Assembly (NCBI GenBank): GCA_964572175.1
Contig: CAZNEH010000004.1
Coordinates: 1-60,411 of the forward strand
Origin: an uncultured Gammaproteobacteria bacterium
Lineage (GTDB): Bacteria; Patescibacteriota; Patescibacteriia; UBA9570; CAZNEH01
Direction of reading: 5' to 3'
Length of the DNA stretch: 60,411 nucleotides
Shown here: piece after piece, positions 27,889 to 36,601 of the stretch
How the letters are laid out: each line of letters starts with the position of its first letter
Numbering within the stretch: position 1 is the first letter of the stretch
Translations under genes and position numbers: made by a program
The notes under the pieces: model-generated
Seen by the model: the letters and a program-made list of their open reading frames with translations, nothing else
Databases searched by the model: none
What the model was told of the DNA's origin: nothing

Positions 27889-29007
27889 ATGACACAAATA
27901 AGATATTTTGAACAAAGTGGGGGATACTACCCTATTTTTATTACTAAAGACTCTGGAGAAGAATTAAGAATTGGAGCAGCCTCAAATTATTGGGGAAGCG
28001 TAACTCTAAGAAAAGAGTTTGACCAATTAAACCCCCAAGAGCAGCAAGAGGTTATTAGACAAATAAAAGAAAAAGTTATTACCCCGGAACAATGCGCCGA
28101 GATCAATTGGCAGAAAACAGAAAAAGATTCAAACATTACAGATTTACGACAAGATTTAACCATTTTAAAAACGTCTGGAACAACCCTAGAGCATAGTTCT
28201 AACGTATATGATAGGCACGCAACATCCGGATATTCCCCGGATGAACGACGCGGCCCAGTGTCTTACACTAAGCAAGTACGTGTCCATAAGTTGTTAATTA
28301 AAGATAAGAAATTAGAGACTATTGGAAGTTTTCGCTTTTATGGATCTCCGGATAATCTGGAAGAAGTTAAGCAAGGATTATTAAGTGAAAAAGAAGCTAC
28401 ATTAAAAATGCTGCTGTCGCAAAGAGAGAAAGTTACAAACCCTTCCTTAGATCCTAGGATTCATGAAGACTTATCTCCGGAAGAATGGAGTCAAAGATAT
28501 AAAGAACGTTTTGATGCTTTATTTCAAGAGGCACTTTCTCGATGGGAGGCCGAAGATCAAGCAGCTAGAGGAGAGCAGGAATTAAAAATACAAGAATATC
28601 AGAATGCGGTTGAAGTATTAAAGGAACTGGTGCTACAAGCAGAGGAAAAAAAAGAGGAAATAAAAAAGAAAGCTCATTTTACCGATCATCCTCAATTTCC
28701 TTATACTGATTTTCGTTCTTTGGACATGATTATATTTTTTATAGATAGAATTAAAAAATATTTAGCTGATTGTGATCAGGCCATCCTTGAAGCTGAAAAA
28801 AAGGAAAAAGAGCTGGAGCCGGAACCAGAACTTCCTTCTTCTGAGCCGAATGAGCCCGTAGAGCCAGATCCCGAACCTGAGCCTAAAACTTATCAGCCTC
28901 CTAAAGAAGCGCTTAGCTTTAACGCTCTGCAAGCTGCTTTTGGCGGAGCCGCTAAGATGGACAGAAAACCCAGGAAGAAAAGAGGTAAGAAAAATCGTAG
29001 AAGATAA
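27889..29007 (+). CDS. Hypothetical charged/coiled-coil protein with Pro-Glu linker and basic tail
   Basis: 372-aa ORF with AT-rich codons; TATACT upstream. Confidence 0.6.
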   Translation: MTQIRYFEQSGGYYPIFITKDSGEELRIGAASNYWGSVTLRKEFDQLNPQEQQEVIRQIKEKVITPEQCAEINWQKTEKDSNITDLRQDLTILKTSGTTLEHSSNVYDRHATSGYSPDERRGPVSYTKQVRVHKLLIKDKKLETIGSFRFYGSPDNLEEVKQGLLSEKEATLKMLLSQREKVTNPSLDPRIHEDLSPEEWSQRYKERFDALFQEALSRWEAEDQAARGEQELKIQEYQNAVEVLKELVLQAEEKKEEIKKKAHFTDHPQFPYTDFRSLDMIIFFIDRIKKYLADCDQAILEAEKKEKELEPEPELPSSEPNEPVEPDPEPEPKTYQPPKEALSFNALQAAFGGAAKMDRKPRKKRGKKNRRR

Positions 29008-29016
29008 TTTATAATT

Positions 29017-30594
29017 ATGAACGAACCATCATTTAAACCAGGCCCTGTTTTAGAACAGCAACCTAAATTAGACATATCTCTAACCGCAGAAGAAGAGGCT
29101 ATTTTAAATAATTGGCCGGAGCGCCCGGAGTTAACTCCTCGGCAAATTATTCATAAAACTCAAGACCGTGAACAAACCTGCGGACAGGCAGTTTTTAATC
29201 TCGATCCTCGTTGGCAGGAAGTAAAAGTAAAGTATGATTTTGAAAACCCAGAAGACTTAGATTATTTTGCTGATGATCATGTTCGAGGGATCAATAATAA
29301 TTTTTGGCGAGCCGATGGACGACGTAAAGCCGGTCGTGATGATCGGAATTTATTATTAGAATTAGACGACGCTCAACAAGCAGAGCGTCAAAGATTAGAA
29401 AGATTATTTAGAAAAAGATTAACAGAAATTAGAAGAATTAGAGCCAGGGTCTTTGCTGAACATCAGCCTCCTTGTCCGACCGAAGCTGTTTTTAAATTAA
29501 TTAAAGGAGGACAATATTTTGAATATAACGATTTTGAAGAACCCTCTCCATTTAGCCATGTAAGCTCGGGATATGGTAATAAACGTGTTAGAGTTTCTAC
29601 TTCAGCATACTATGGTTATGTTGCCGGAAAAGAAGTGTTATCTGAACAAGAAATAGTTTATTTCCCAAAAGATGAAACCGATAAGCTCGGAGACTTAGAG
29701 ACTTCTCTTGAAGAAAGAGAGAAAATAGTCGCCGCCGCTAAAAAGGCAATCCAGAGCGAAGAGGTGCAAGCTCAAGTAGCTGCTTTAGCTAGGAATTCTG
29801 ATTTTAGGCAGGCTGCAGAAGCAAAAATAAAAATACAGCAAAAGCGTTATCATGATTTTTTAAACCACCCAGTTATTAGAAGAATTCACGATGCTGAGAA
29901 GCAGGCTCAGGCTAATTTAGATCAATTTGAAAAAGTAAAAATCTCTGTAAAAGTTAAACTTCATAAAGAAGGTCAAGCAATATCTCCTGAACAATCTGTG
30001 TTACAGGCTAGCCCCGTGCGGCCAGAAAAAATGGATCGTTGCTATCAAGTTCCATCTAGTGAAATAACCATCTCTCCAGCAATTAAAAAATTATTAGATT
30101 CAGTTCCAGAGACTCCTCCTTCCGCTCCTCCAAAACCAGAAAAACCTAAGCAACCAGAAATTACTCCCGAACAAAGACAAGAGATGGAAGAGTTGTATGA
30201 TTTAATTCAAGAAATCGCTCCAGTATACCAGCCAAGAGTAGACAAAGTAACAGATAAACGGACTAAAAGCCAGTTAAATACTCTTTTAAGCGGAGTAGCT
30301 AACGCTGCTTATGATTTAAGAGATCCTCAAGAATATAATCCAAATAAATTAAGAGGATTAAGGCAGAACATAGCTCAGCTAGACAAAAAATTAAGATTCC
30401 CAGAAAATTGGCTTGAATTATATCAAAATCTTAAAAAAACAATGGCTGAAAATGAAGATTTAAGAAGTTATTTTAACCAAGAAGAAGCTATTCAAAAATT
30501 TATTAACCACTGCTTACAAGAAATTTTAGCCAAAAGGCTAACTATTATTAACGAGGATAATCTATTAGAAATACTTGATTCTTACGAATTTTAA
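29017..30594 (+). CDS. Hypothetical helical protein
   Basis: 525-aa ORF in operon with the previous gene. Confidence 0.6.
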   Translation: MNEPSFKPGPVLEQQPKLDISLTAEEEAILNNWPERPELTPRQIIHKTQDREQTCGQAVFNLDPRWQEVKVKYDFENPEDLDYFADDHVRGINNNFWRADGRRKAGRDDRNLLLELDDAQQAERQRLERLFRKRLTEIRRIRARVFAEHQPPCPTEAVFKLIKGGQYFEYNDFEEPSPFSHVSSGYGNKRVRVSTSAYYGYVAGKEVLSEQEIVYFPKDETDKLGDLETSLEEREKIVAAAKKAIQSEEVQAQVAALARNSDFRQAAEAKIKIQQKRYHDFLNHPVIRRIHDAEKQAQANLDQFEKVKISVKVKLHKEGQAISPEQSVLQASPVRPEKMDRCYQVPSSEITISPAIKKLLDSVPETPPSAPPKPEKPKQPEITPEQRQEMEELYDLIQEIAPVYQPRVDKVTDKRTKSQLNTLLSGVANAAYDLRDPQEYNPNKLRGLRQNIAQLDKKLRFPENWLELYQNLKKTMAENEDLRSYFNQEEAIQKFINHCLQEILAKRLTIINEDNLLEILDSYEF

Positions 30595-30633
30595 ATTTTT
30601 TACCCAATATTAGCCAAAATACAACAAGCACCC

Positions 30634-31593
30634 CGTAAATTAGTCAAGACCTTTGCACCACTTCCAGTGGTGTTTGGTAGTTTATTCCCATGTGTAATCT
30701 TTCAGTATTGTAATAATGCAAATACTCATTTATCTTCCTGTTTAACCAGGGAGTATTATTCTTGTATTTAATAATTTCATCTCTCATCTCTTCTTGAATA
30801 GTTCTATTAAATCTTTCAACATGAGCATTGTCGTTAGGTTTTCTCACTCTAGAATGTCTATGCTTTATTCCAATGGGCTCAACCATAGAGGTGAAATATT
30901 TTGAGAACTCAGGGCCATTATCAGATTGAATACATCTAAAGTTAAAAGGAGTGTTTTTCCTAGCTTCTTTAAACGCTTGTAAAGAAGAATAAGTATTCAC
31001 TCTATTCATGGCTTTAGCCTGGGCCCACCTGGAATGACAATCTATTAAAGTAAAGATATAAACATTGTTTTTATTACTTTTTGGTATGTGAATAGTATCT
31101 AGTTGTCCTAAGTCCCCAGGTTTAGCTATTTTAGGACGCTTTATGTTTTGATGATACTTTTTCCAAGGAGAACGCTTTTTAATTAAACCATATTTGTCTA
31201 AGGTTCTTTTAACTGTAGAAAGACTTACTTTAATTCCTTCTCTTTTAAGTTGAGCGTGAACTATTTGAGCACATCTATTTCTTTTTAATCTTACTTCTAA
31301 TATTCTTTTTATTATTTTCTCATCTGTAGCTCGAGGGGATGTTTTGGGCCTAGAAGATAAAGTTGGAATTTCATAAATTGTGCAAGTAGATGGAGACTTC
31401 TGCAACCAACGTACCACACTAGAATGAGATACTCCAAAGTGTCTAGCTACTTTTCTAGTGCTCCAACCTTTATTTTTAACTAACATAACTGCTTTTGCCC
31501 TGACCTTGGGCAAATAGGGATTTGTTGTATATGGCATATGATTTATCATACCTTAAAATAGGTTAGGTGGTGCAAAGGTATTGAACCATTACG
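30634..31593 (-). mobile_element. IS481-family insertion sequence, 960 bp, 6-bp TSD GCACCC
   Basis: Imperfect terminal IRs (cgtaa..tcaagacctttgcaccac / gtggtgcaaaggtattga..ttacg); GCACCC at 30628-30633 and 31594-31599. Confidence 0.85.
30644..31537 (-). CDS. IS481-family DDE transposase
   Basis: HTH N-terminus; QLDT, QSDNGPEF, NAHVERFNRT, YNTERLH; likely start MPYTTNP. Confidence 0.9.
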   Translation of the reverse strand: MPYTTNPYLPKVRAKAVMLVKNKGWSTRKVARHFGVSHSSVVRWLQKSPSTCTIYEIPTLSSRPKTSPRATDEKIIKRILEVRLKRNRCAQIVHAQLKREGIKVSLSTVKRTLDKYGLIKKRSPWKKYHQNIKRPKIAKPGDLGQLDTIHIPKSNKNNVYIFTLIDCHSRWAQAKAMNRVNTYSSLQAFKEARKNTPFNFRCIQSDNGPEFSKYFTSMVEPIGIKHRHSRVRKPNDNAHVERFNRTIQEEMRDEIIKYKNNTPWLNRKINEYLHYYNTERLHMGINYQTPLEVVQRS

Positions 31594-31599
31594 GCACCC

Positions 31600-31628
31600 T
31601 TGACAAAAGCTTATTTTTGTGCTAGGAT
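31600..31628 (+). promoter_or_regulatory. Sigma70 promoter for cassettes E-F
   Basis: TTGACA-17-TAGGAT with extended -10 TG. Confidence 0.7.
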
Positions 31629-31673
31629 GTTTAGTCAGTTTCACCTGTTCTTTCCCCCAAAAAACCAAGGCCC

Positions 31674-31710
31674 CATGAGCCTGCAACTTAGAAAGGAGCA
31701 AATCATGTCC
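31674..31710 (+). repeat. 37-bp translation-start repeat (CATGAGCCTGCAACTTAGAAAGGAGCAAATCATGTCC)
   Basis: Identical at 32827-32863; related at 26107-26143. Confidence 0.9.
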
Positions 31711-32688
31711 CAGTCCACCTCCATCGCCACCATCATCGTCACCCACGGCGGTGAGTTCCACGCCGACGACGTGTTCTCCGGAGCAGTGCTCTCGGCCCTG
31801 GCCCCCGAGGCCGAGGTCGTCCGCACCCGCGACGAAGAGTGCTTGTCCTCGGCCACCTCCGAGAACGGCCCCATCGTCTTCGACGTCGGCGGCGACTACG
31901 ATGCCACCCTGCGCAACTTCGACCACCACCAGGAAGATGGAGCCGGCACCCGCCCCAACGGCGTGCCCTACTCCAGCTTCGGCCTCATCTGGCAGTACTA
32001 CGGCCGCCTGTACCTGGTCAAGGTACTGGGTAGCGAGCTCAACCTCGACTACAGCGACCTCCACAAGATGGTCGACGAAGACTTGGTCCAGGGCATCGAC
32101 AGCATCGACACCGGTGCGGTCGTCAACCCGTACTTCCAGCCCCAGATCAAGGACAACGAGGTTTCGGTCGACGTGTCCACGGTCTCCAAGGCCGTGTTCG
32201 CCATGAACCCCCAGCCCTTGCTCGGCGACCAGGACTACGACTCCGAGTACCTCCAGGCCGTGGCCGTGGCCCAGTCCCTCCTCCAGGGTGTGGTCAAGGC
32301 CTGCGCCGCCAAGCTGCTCGGCAAGACCCTCATTAAGTCCGGCCGCCGCTTCACCGACCGCATCGTGGTCGTCGAGGAGAACGTCCCCGAATGGTGGAAG
32401 ATCGTCTCCGACCCGGACAGCGGCTTCTCCGAGGCGCTCTACTACCTCGAGCCGGACCAGTCCACCCCCGGCGCCTGGATGATCTGGTTGGTCCGGAAGA
32501 CCCCCGACACCTTCGAGGGCCGCAAGTCCCTGCCCGCCGCCTGGGCCGGCAAGCGGGGTGGGGAACTGGACCAGATCACCGGCCTCACCGGCTGCGTCTT
32601 CGTCCACCCCGGCCGCTTCGTTGGCGGGGCCAAGGACCTGGACACGGCCATCGCCATGGCCAAGCTGGCCATCGAGATCGAGGACTAG
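31705..32688 (+). CDS. GC-rich cassette E: MYG1-family (UPF0160) exonuclease/phosphoesterase
   Basis: THGGEFHADDV, VRTRD, DVGG, FDHHQ, SSFGLIW, FVH motifs. Confidence 0.9.
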   Translation: MSQSTSIATIIVTHGGEFHADDVFSGAVLSALAPEAEVVRTRDEECLSSATSENGPIVFDVGGDYDATLRNFDHHQEDGAGTRPNGVPYSSFGLIWQYYGRLYLVKVLGSELNLDYSDLHKMVDEDLVQGIDSIDTGAVVNPYFQPQIKDNEVSVDVSTVSKAVFAMNPQPLLGDQDYDSEYLQAVAVAQSLLQGVVKACAAKLLGKTLIKSGRRFTDRIVVVEENVPEWWKIVSDPDSGFSEALYYLEPDQSTPGAWMIWLVRKTPDTFEGRKSLPAAWAGKRGGELDQITGLTGCVFVHPGRFVGGAKDLDTAIAMAKLAIEIED

Positions 32689-32715
32689 CATCTGAGCCCG
32701 ACAGGATCGGGCTCC

Positions 32716-32810
32716 GGGAGCCGCGCGCACCGTGCCTCACGTACACCGCGTGCCGCTCCCATCCTTTTTCCCCTTCATTATTCTAAAAAATAGTGAATGG
32801 AAAAGAGGAT
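32716..32810 (+). terminator. Cassette GC hairpin plus U-tract-sequestering hairpin
   Basis: GGGAGCCGCGCG...CGCGTGCCGCTCCC ATCCTTTTTCC ... GGAAAAGAGGAT. Confidence 0.7.
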
Positions 32811-32857
32811 TTCCCCTCAAGGCTTTCATGAGCCTGCAACTTAGAAAGGAGCAAATC

Positions 32858-33193
32858 ATGTCCGTCAACCGTTACTTCAATACCGCCCTCGGCCTTAGCA
32901 TGCTTCCGGACGGCGAGTTCTCCGTCCAGACCATTACCCCCGAGGCCGCCGCGGCTTGGCTGCTGGAAGGTCACCAGAACGTGGCCAACCCCAACCACAG
33001 CAACTCCCTGCAGGCCATCACCCAGAAGATCGACGTCGACATGCGCGACGCCAAGGGCGGCCGCATCACCCTCGAGCCGGGCGATCAGTGCTTGGTGGCC
33101 CAGATCGGCGGGATTCCCCGCGAGACGCGGGAGTTCACAGACGAGGAGATCGCCGCGGCCACCTTCACCTTCCGGCTGGTGACCGTCAAGTAG
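32858..33193 (+). CDS. GC-rich cassette F: divergent DUF1874 (AcrIII-1/Crn2 ring nuclease-like) protein
   Basis: By-eye colinear match to STIV B116-type proteins: NTALGLSML, NPNHSNS (His), RITLEPGDQCLV, PRETREFTDEEI, FTFRLV; 111 aa. Confidence 0.65.
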   Translation: MSVNRYFNTALGLSMLPDGEFSVQTITPEAAAAWLLEGHQNVANPNHSNSLQAITQKIDVDMRDAKGGRITLEPGDQCLVAQIGGIPRETREFTDEEIAAATFTFRLVTVK

Positions 33194-33220
33194 TCACCGC
33201 CTCCGCACCTTCTTCCCTCC

Positions 33221-33265
33221 GGGAGCCGCGCGCAACACCCCGCGCGCCGCTCCCTCTTTTTATTT
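33221..33265 (+). terminator. Cassette GC hairpin terminator
   Basis: GGGAGCCGCGCG...CGCGCGCCGCTCCC + T-rich tail. Confidence 0.75.
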
Positions 33266-33321
33266 ACCTCGAGCTTAGTCGAGAGGTTTGCAAAAACTTT
33301 TTTTTGTGTTATAATAGGTCC

Positions 33322-33915
33322 ATGCCAATCAAAAAAATAGACGCTAAACTAAGGTCTACGCCTTATATTTCCTTTATTTGGGAAGTTACTAAGGTAGTAG
33401 TCATTTCTTTAGCTATTATCATTCCGATTAGATACTATCTAATCCAACCCTTTTACGTTCGCGGCGCCTCTATGGAGCCGAATTTTTATGATTACGAATA
33501 TTTAATTATTAATGAAATTGACTATCGTTTTAACTCTCCGGAAAGAGGGGACGTAGTTGTTCTTCACGATCCTCGTGATTCATCTCAGTATTTTATTAAA
33601 CGCATTATTGGTCTTCCTGGTGAAGACGTGGAAATCAAAGATGGTGAGGTAATTATTTATAACGACGAAAATCCAAGCGGTATTACCCTGGAAGAAGGGG
33701 AGTATCTTTCAGATTACGTAGACACTCGCGGTCCGCAAAAAATCTGGCAAATGGATGAAGACGAATATTTTTTAATGGGCGACAATCGTGATGCTAGCTT
33801 AGACTCTCGTGTTTTTGGAGAAGTCCATAAAGAAGAATTTATTGGCCGTGCCTGGCTCCGCGCTTGGCCTGTTACTCGTGCGACTAGCTTCGAAGATATT
33901 AATTATAATTTATAA
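33322..33915 (+). CDS. lepB: Signal peptidase I
   Basis: GASMEP Ser, IKRIIGLPG Lys, MGDNR..SLDSR; ATG 6 nt after TATAAT. Confidence 0.92.
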   Translation: MPIKKIDAKLRSTPYISFIWEVTKVVVISLAIIIPIRYYLIQPFYVRGASMEPNFYDYEYLIINEIDYRFNSPERGDVVVLHDPRDSSQYFIKRIIGLPGEDVEIKDGEVIIYNDENPSGITLEEGEYLSDYVDTRGPQKIWQMDEDEYFLMGDNRDASLDSRVFGEVHKEEFIGRAWLRAWPVTRATSFEDINYNL

Positions 33916-33920
33916 CTTAT

Positions 33921-35297
33921 ATGCCTAGACCAAAGAAAAAAACAACCACTGCTAAGCCTAAAAAAACAGAAGAAAAAAAATCTTCTCCTAAAAAAAATAT
34001 CCAACTTCTTAAAGGAATGAAAGATATTATGCCTCAAGAGCAGGCTTACTGGAACATGATCCGTAAAAAAGTAGAAGAATTTGCTAGAATTTATGGCTTT
34101 GAACGCTTAGACACCCCTGTTTTAGAGCAAACTTCTTTATTTGTTAAAGGAACTGGTAAGCACACTGATATCGTAGAAAAAGAAATGTTTTCTTTTGAAG
34201 ACCAAGGCGGAGAAAAAGTTAGTTTACGCCCAGAGTTTACCCCTGGTTTTTCTAGGGCCTATATCGAACACGGCATGCTTAATCAACCTCAACCAGTAAA
34301 ACTATTCACCATTGGTCCAGTTTTTAGACACGATAAGCCTCAGGCCGGTCGCTACCGACAATTTTACCAAATGAACTTTGAAATTATTGGCAGTCACCAA
34401 CCAGTAGTTGATGCTGAGTTATTATCTTTACAATATTTCTTATTCAAAGAAATTGGCTTAAATGTTTCCTTGCAAATCAACAGTGTTGGTTGTCCAGATT
34501 GTCGACCTCAATACAAGCAACTTCTACAAGATTATTATCGCAACAAAAAAAGAAATCTTTGTGAAAACTGTAAAAAACGTTACACCAAAAATCCGTTAAG
34601 ACTTTTAGATTGTAAAGAAGAAGTGTGCCAAGAACTAGCTCAAGACGCTCCTCAAATCGTCGACCATCTTTGCGAAGATTGTCGCGAACACTTTGTAAAA
34701 GTCTTAGAACACCTAGATACTTCCGACATTCCTTATACTTTAAATGCTAAAATCGTTAGAGGTCTTGATTATTATTCTAAAACTGCTTGGGAAATATATC
34801 CTATTATTAAAGGAGAAGAAAAGAAAACCTCTCAAGGTGCAGTTTCCGGAGGCGGGCGCTATGATGGCTTAATCGAACAATATGGAGGCAGAGAAGAAAC
34901 CGGAGCCTGTGGATTTGCCGCTGGTATTGAACGATTAATCTTAGCCTTAAAAGACGAAGGAATTAAACCACCAGAAGCAGAACCAGTAGATGTCTTTTTA
35001 GCTCAGCTAGGTGAAACTGCTCGTAAAAAATCTTTACAGCTTTTAGAAGATTTACGCCAAAAAGGATTTCAAGTTCGCTCCAACTTAACTAAAGAAAGCT
35101 TAAGTAGTCAGTTATCTTTAGCTAATAAGCTAGGGGCTCGCATTACTTTGATCTTAGGTCAAAAAGAAATGATTGATAACACTATTTTACTTCGAGACAT
35201 GGAATCCGGAGCTCAAGAAATTATAGACTTAAATAAAATTGAAAAAGAACTTACCAAAAGATTAGCTAGTATCAAAAAAGAAGAAGAGACAAAATAA
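33921..35297 (+). CDS. hisS: Histidine--tRNA ligase
   Basis: KGMKD, LRPEFT, FRHDKPQAGRYRQF, VRGLDYY, GGGRYDGL. Confidence 0.97.
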   Translation: MPRPKKKTTTAKPKKTEEKKSSPKKNIQLLKGMKDIMPQEQAYWNMIRKKVEEFARIYGFERLDTPVLEQTSLFVKGTGKHTDIVEKEMFSFEDQGGEKVSLRPEFTPGFSRAYIEHGMLNQPQPVKLFTIGPVFRHDKPQAGRYRQFYQMNFEIIGSHQPVVDAELLSLQYFLFKEIGLNVSLQINSVGCPDCRPQYKQLLQDYYRNKKRNLCENCKKRYTKNPLRLLDCKEEVCQELAQDAPQIVDHLCEDCREHFVKVLEHLDTSDIPYTLNAKIVRGLDYYSKTAWEIYPIIKGEEKKTSQGAVSGGGRYDGLIEQYGGREETGACGFAAGIERLILALKDEGIKPPEAEPVDVFLAQLGETARKKSLQLLEDLRQKGFQVRSNLTKESLSSQLSLANKLGARITLILGQKEMIDNTILLRDMESGAQEIIDLNKIEKELTKRLASIKKEEETK

Positions 35298-35638
35298 TGG
35301 ATTGCCTGTTTTGTAAAATAATAAACAAAGAAATTCCTTCAGATATTGTTTTTGAGGACGACCAGTTAATAGTTATTAAAGACATCGAACCTAAAGCACC
35401 TCTGCACCTCTTATTAATTCCTAAAAAACACATCTCTTCTCTTAATGACATTACAGAAGAGGACAAAAATATAATTTCTGCCATAGCTTTTAAAGCCAAA
35501 GAACTGGCTAAAGAATTTGGAGTGGCCGAGTCTGGCTACAAGCTTGTAAATAATTGCGGACCAGATGGCGGGCAAACAGTTTTCCATCTTCACTTCCATC
35601 TTTTGGGTGGGGAAAAATTAAATAGATTTCCCGTTTGA
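35297..35638 (+). CDS. HIT family nucleotide-binding protein
   Basis: CLFC, GQTVFHLHFHLLGG. Confidence 0.92.
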   Translation: MDCLFCKIINKEIPSDIVFEDDQLIVIKDIEPKAPLHLLLIPKKHISSLNDITEEDKNIISAIAFKAKELAKEFGVAESGYKLVNNCGPDGGQTVFHLHFHLLGGEKLNRFPV

Positions 35639-35679
35639 CATTAAAACTGGGAAGTGTTATAGTAATAGCATCATTGAAA

Positions 35680-35785
35680 ACTCTTCGATACAATTTTTCC
35701 TTCGGAAAAATCACTCAGAGTATTTACGATGATTGTTAAACCTTGAGTGATCCTGAGTAGCCCGCAAGGGCATATCGAAGGATCG
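35680..35785. repeat. Pair of REP-like elements (CTTCGATA...ACTCAG family) in the rpsU leader
   Basis: cttcgatacaatttttccttcggaaaaatcactcag and inverted ctgagtagcccgcaagggcatatcgaag; related copy at 24870-24903. Confidence 0.6.
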
Positions 35786-35840
35786 TACCGAAAGGTTAAC
35801 CTAAATAATTAATCTTTTACCTAGAAAGGAAGGTGACTTA

Positions 35841-36128
35841 ATGGTAATTGAAGCAAAGAAAAAAGACAACGAATCTAACGAAAGTTTAATCCGTCGCTTT
35901 ACTAATAAGCTTAGAGGCAGCGGTGTTTTAATTCAGGCTAAAAAAACTCAGTTTTACGAAAAGCCAAAGAATAAATCTCTTGTTAGAAAAGACGCTATTA
36001 GACGAAAAAAGACTAAGGATCACTACGATTATCTTAGAAAAATCGGAAAAATAGACGAAAATGAAGGCCGCTATGGCCGTCGACGTCGTGGACAGAAAGG
36101 ACCAAAAATTCCTAAACCAAAATTATAA
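35841..36128 (+). CDS. rpsU: 30S ribosomal protein bS21 (CPR-type)
   Basis: 'E..E.LIRRF...G......K..FYEKP' pattern; precedes yqeY as in the rpsU-yqeY operon. Confidence 0.75.
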   Translation: MVIEAKKKDNESNESLIRRFTNKLRGSGVLIQAKKTQFYEKPKNKSLVRKDAIRRKKTKDHYDYLRKIGKIDENEGRYGRRRRGQKGPKIPKPKL

Positions 36129-36562
36129 TGTCTTTAAATGACAATTTAAGACAAGATTTAACCCAGGCTTTAAAAGCTAAAGATGCTCAAAAAGCTCAGG
36201 TTTTACGTTCCGTAATCACTTCTATTAAAAACGCTGAGATTGACAGTAAAAAAGCTTTAGAAGACAAAGACATTCTTAGTGTATTAAAGAAAGAGGCTAA
36301 GAAACGTCAAGATTCTATTGAAGCTTTTACAAAAGGTGGTCGCCCAGAATTAGCGGCTACAGAAAAAGAAGAATTAGAAATAATACAAGTTTATTTACCA
36401 GCCCAGTTATCAGAGGATCAAGTCAGAGAAAAAGTTAAGGCTATTATTAGCCAAGCTGACACTACTGACTTCGGTCCTTTAATGGGTCGGGTTATGGCCG
36501 AGCTTAAAGATGAAGCCGATGGTAAACTTGTCCAAGCTATCGTTAAAGAAGAATTAAAATAA
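36128..36562 (+). CDS. GatB/YqeY domain protein
   Basis: KEAKKRQDSIEAF..GGR.EL, YLPAQLS, GPLMGRVM. Confidence 0.9.
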   Translation: MSLNDNLRQDLTQALKAKDAQKAQVLRSVITSIKNAEIDSKKALEDKDILSVLKKEAKKRQDSIEAFTKGGRPELAATEKEELEIIQVYLPAQLSEDQVREKVKAIISQADTTDFGPLMGRVMAELKDEADGKLVQAIVKEELK

Positions 36563-36601
36563 AAAGTAAGGATAACCCTAGGGTTGTCCGTAAATAAAAA
36601 T

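Noticed and set aside
31600-31704. Upstream in-frame starts giving MSLQLRKEQI/MSLYSRKEQI leaders
   Set aside because: No SD before those ATGs, and the equivalent ATG in the C/D leaders hits a stop; the SD points to the downstream ATGTCC
32956-33321. N-terminal extension of lepB in the ORF track
   Set aside because: Overlaps cassette F and its terminator; the real start fits ATG 33322 after TATAAT
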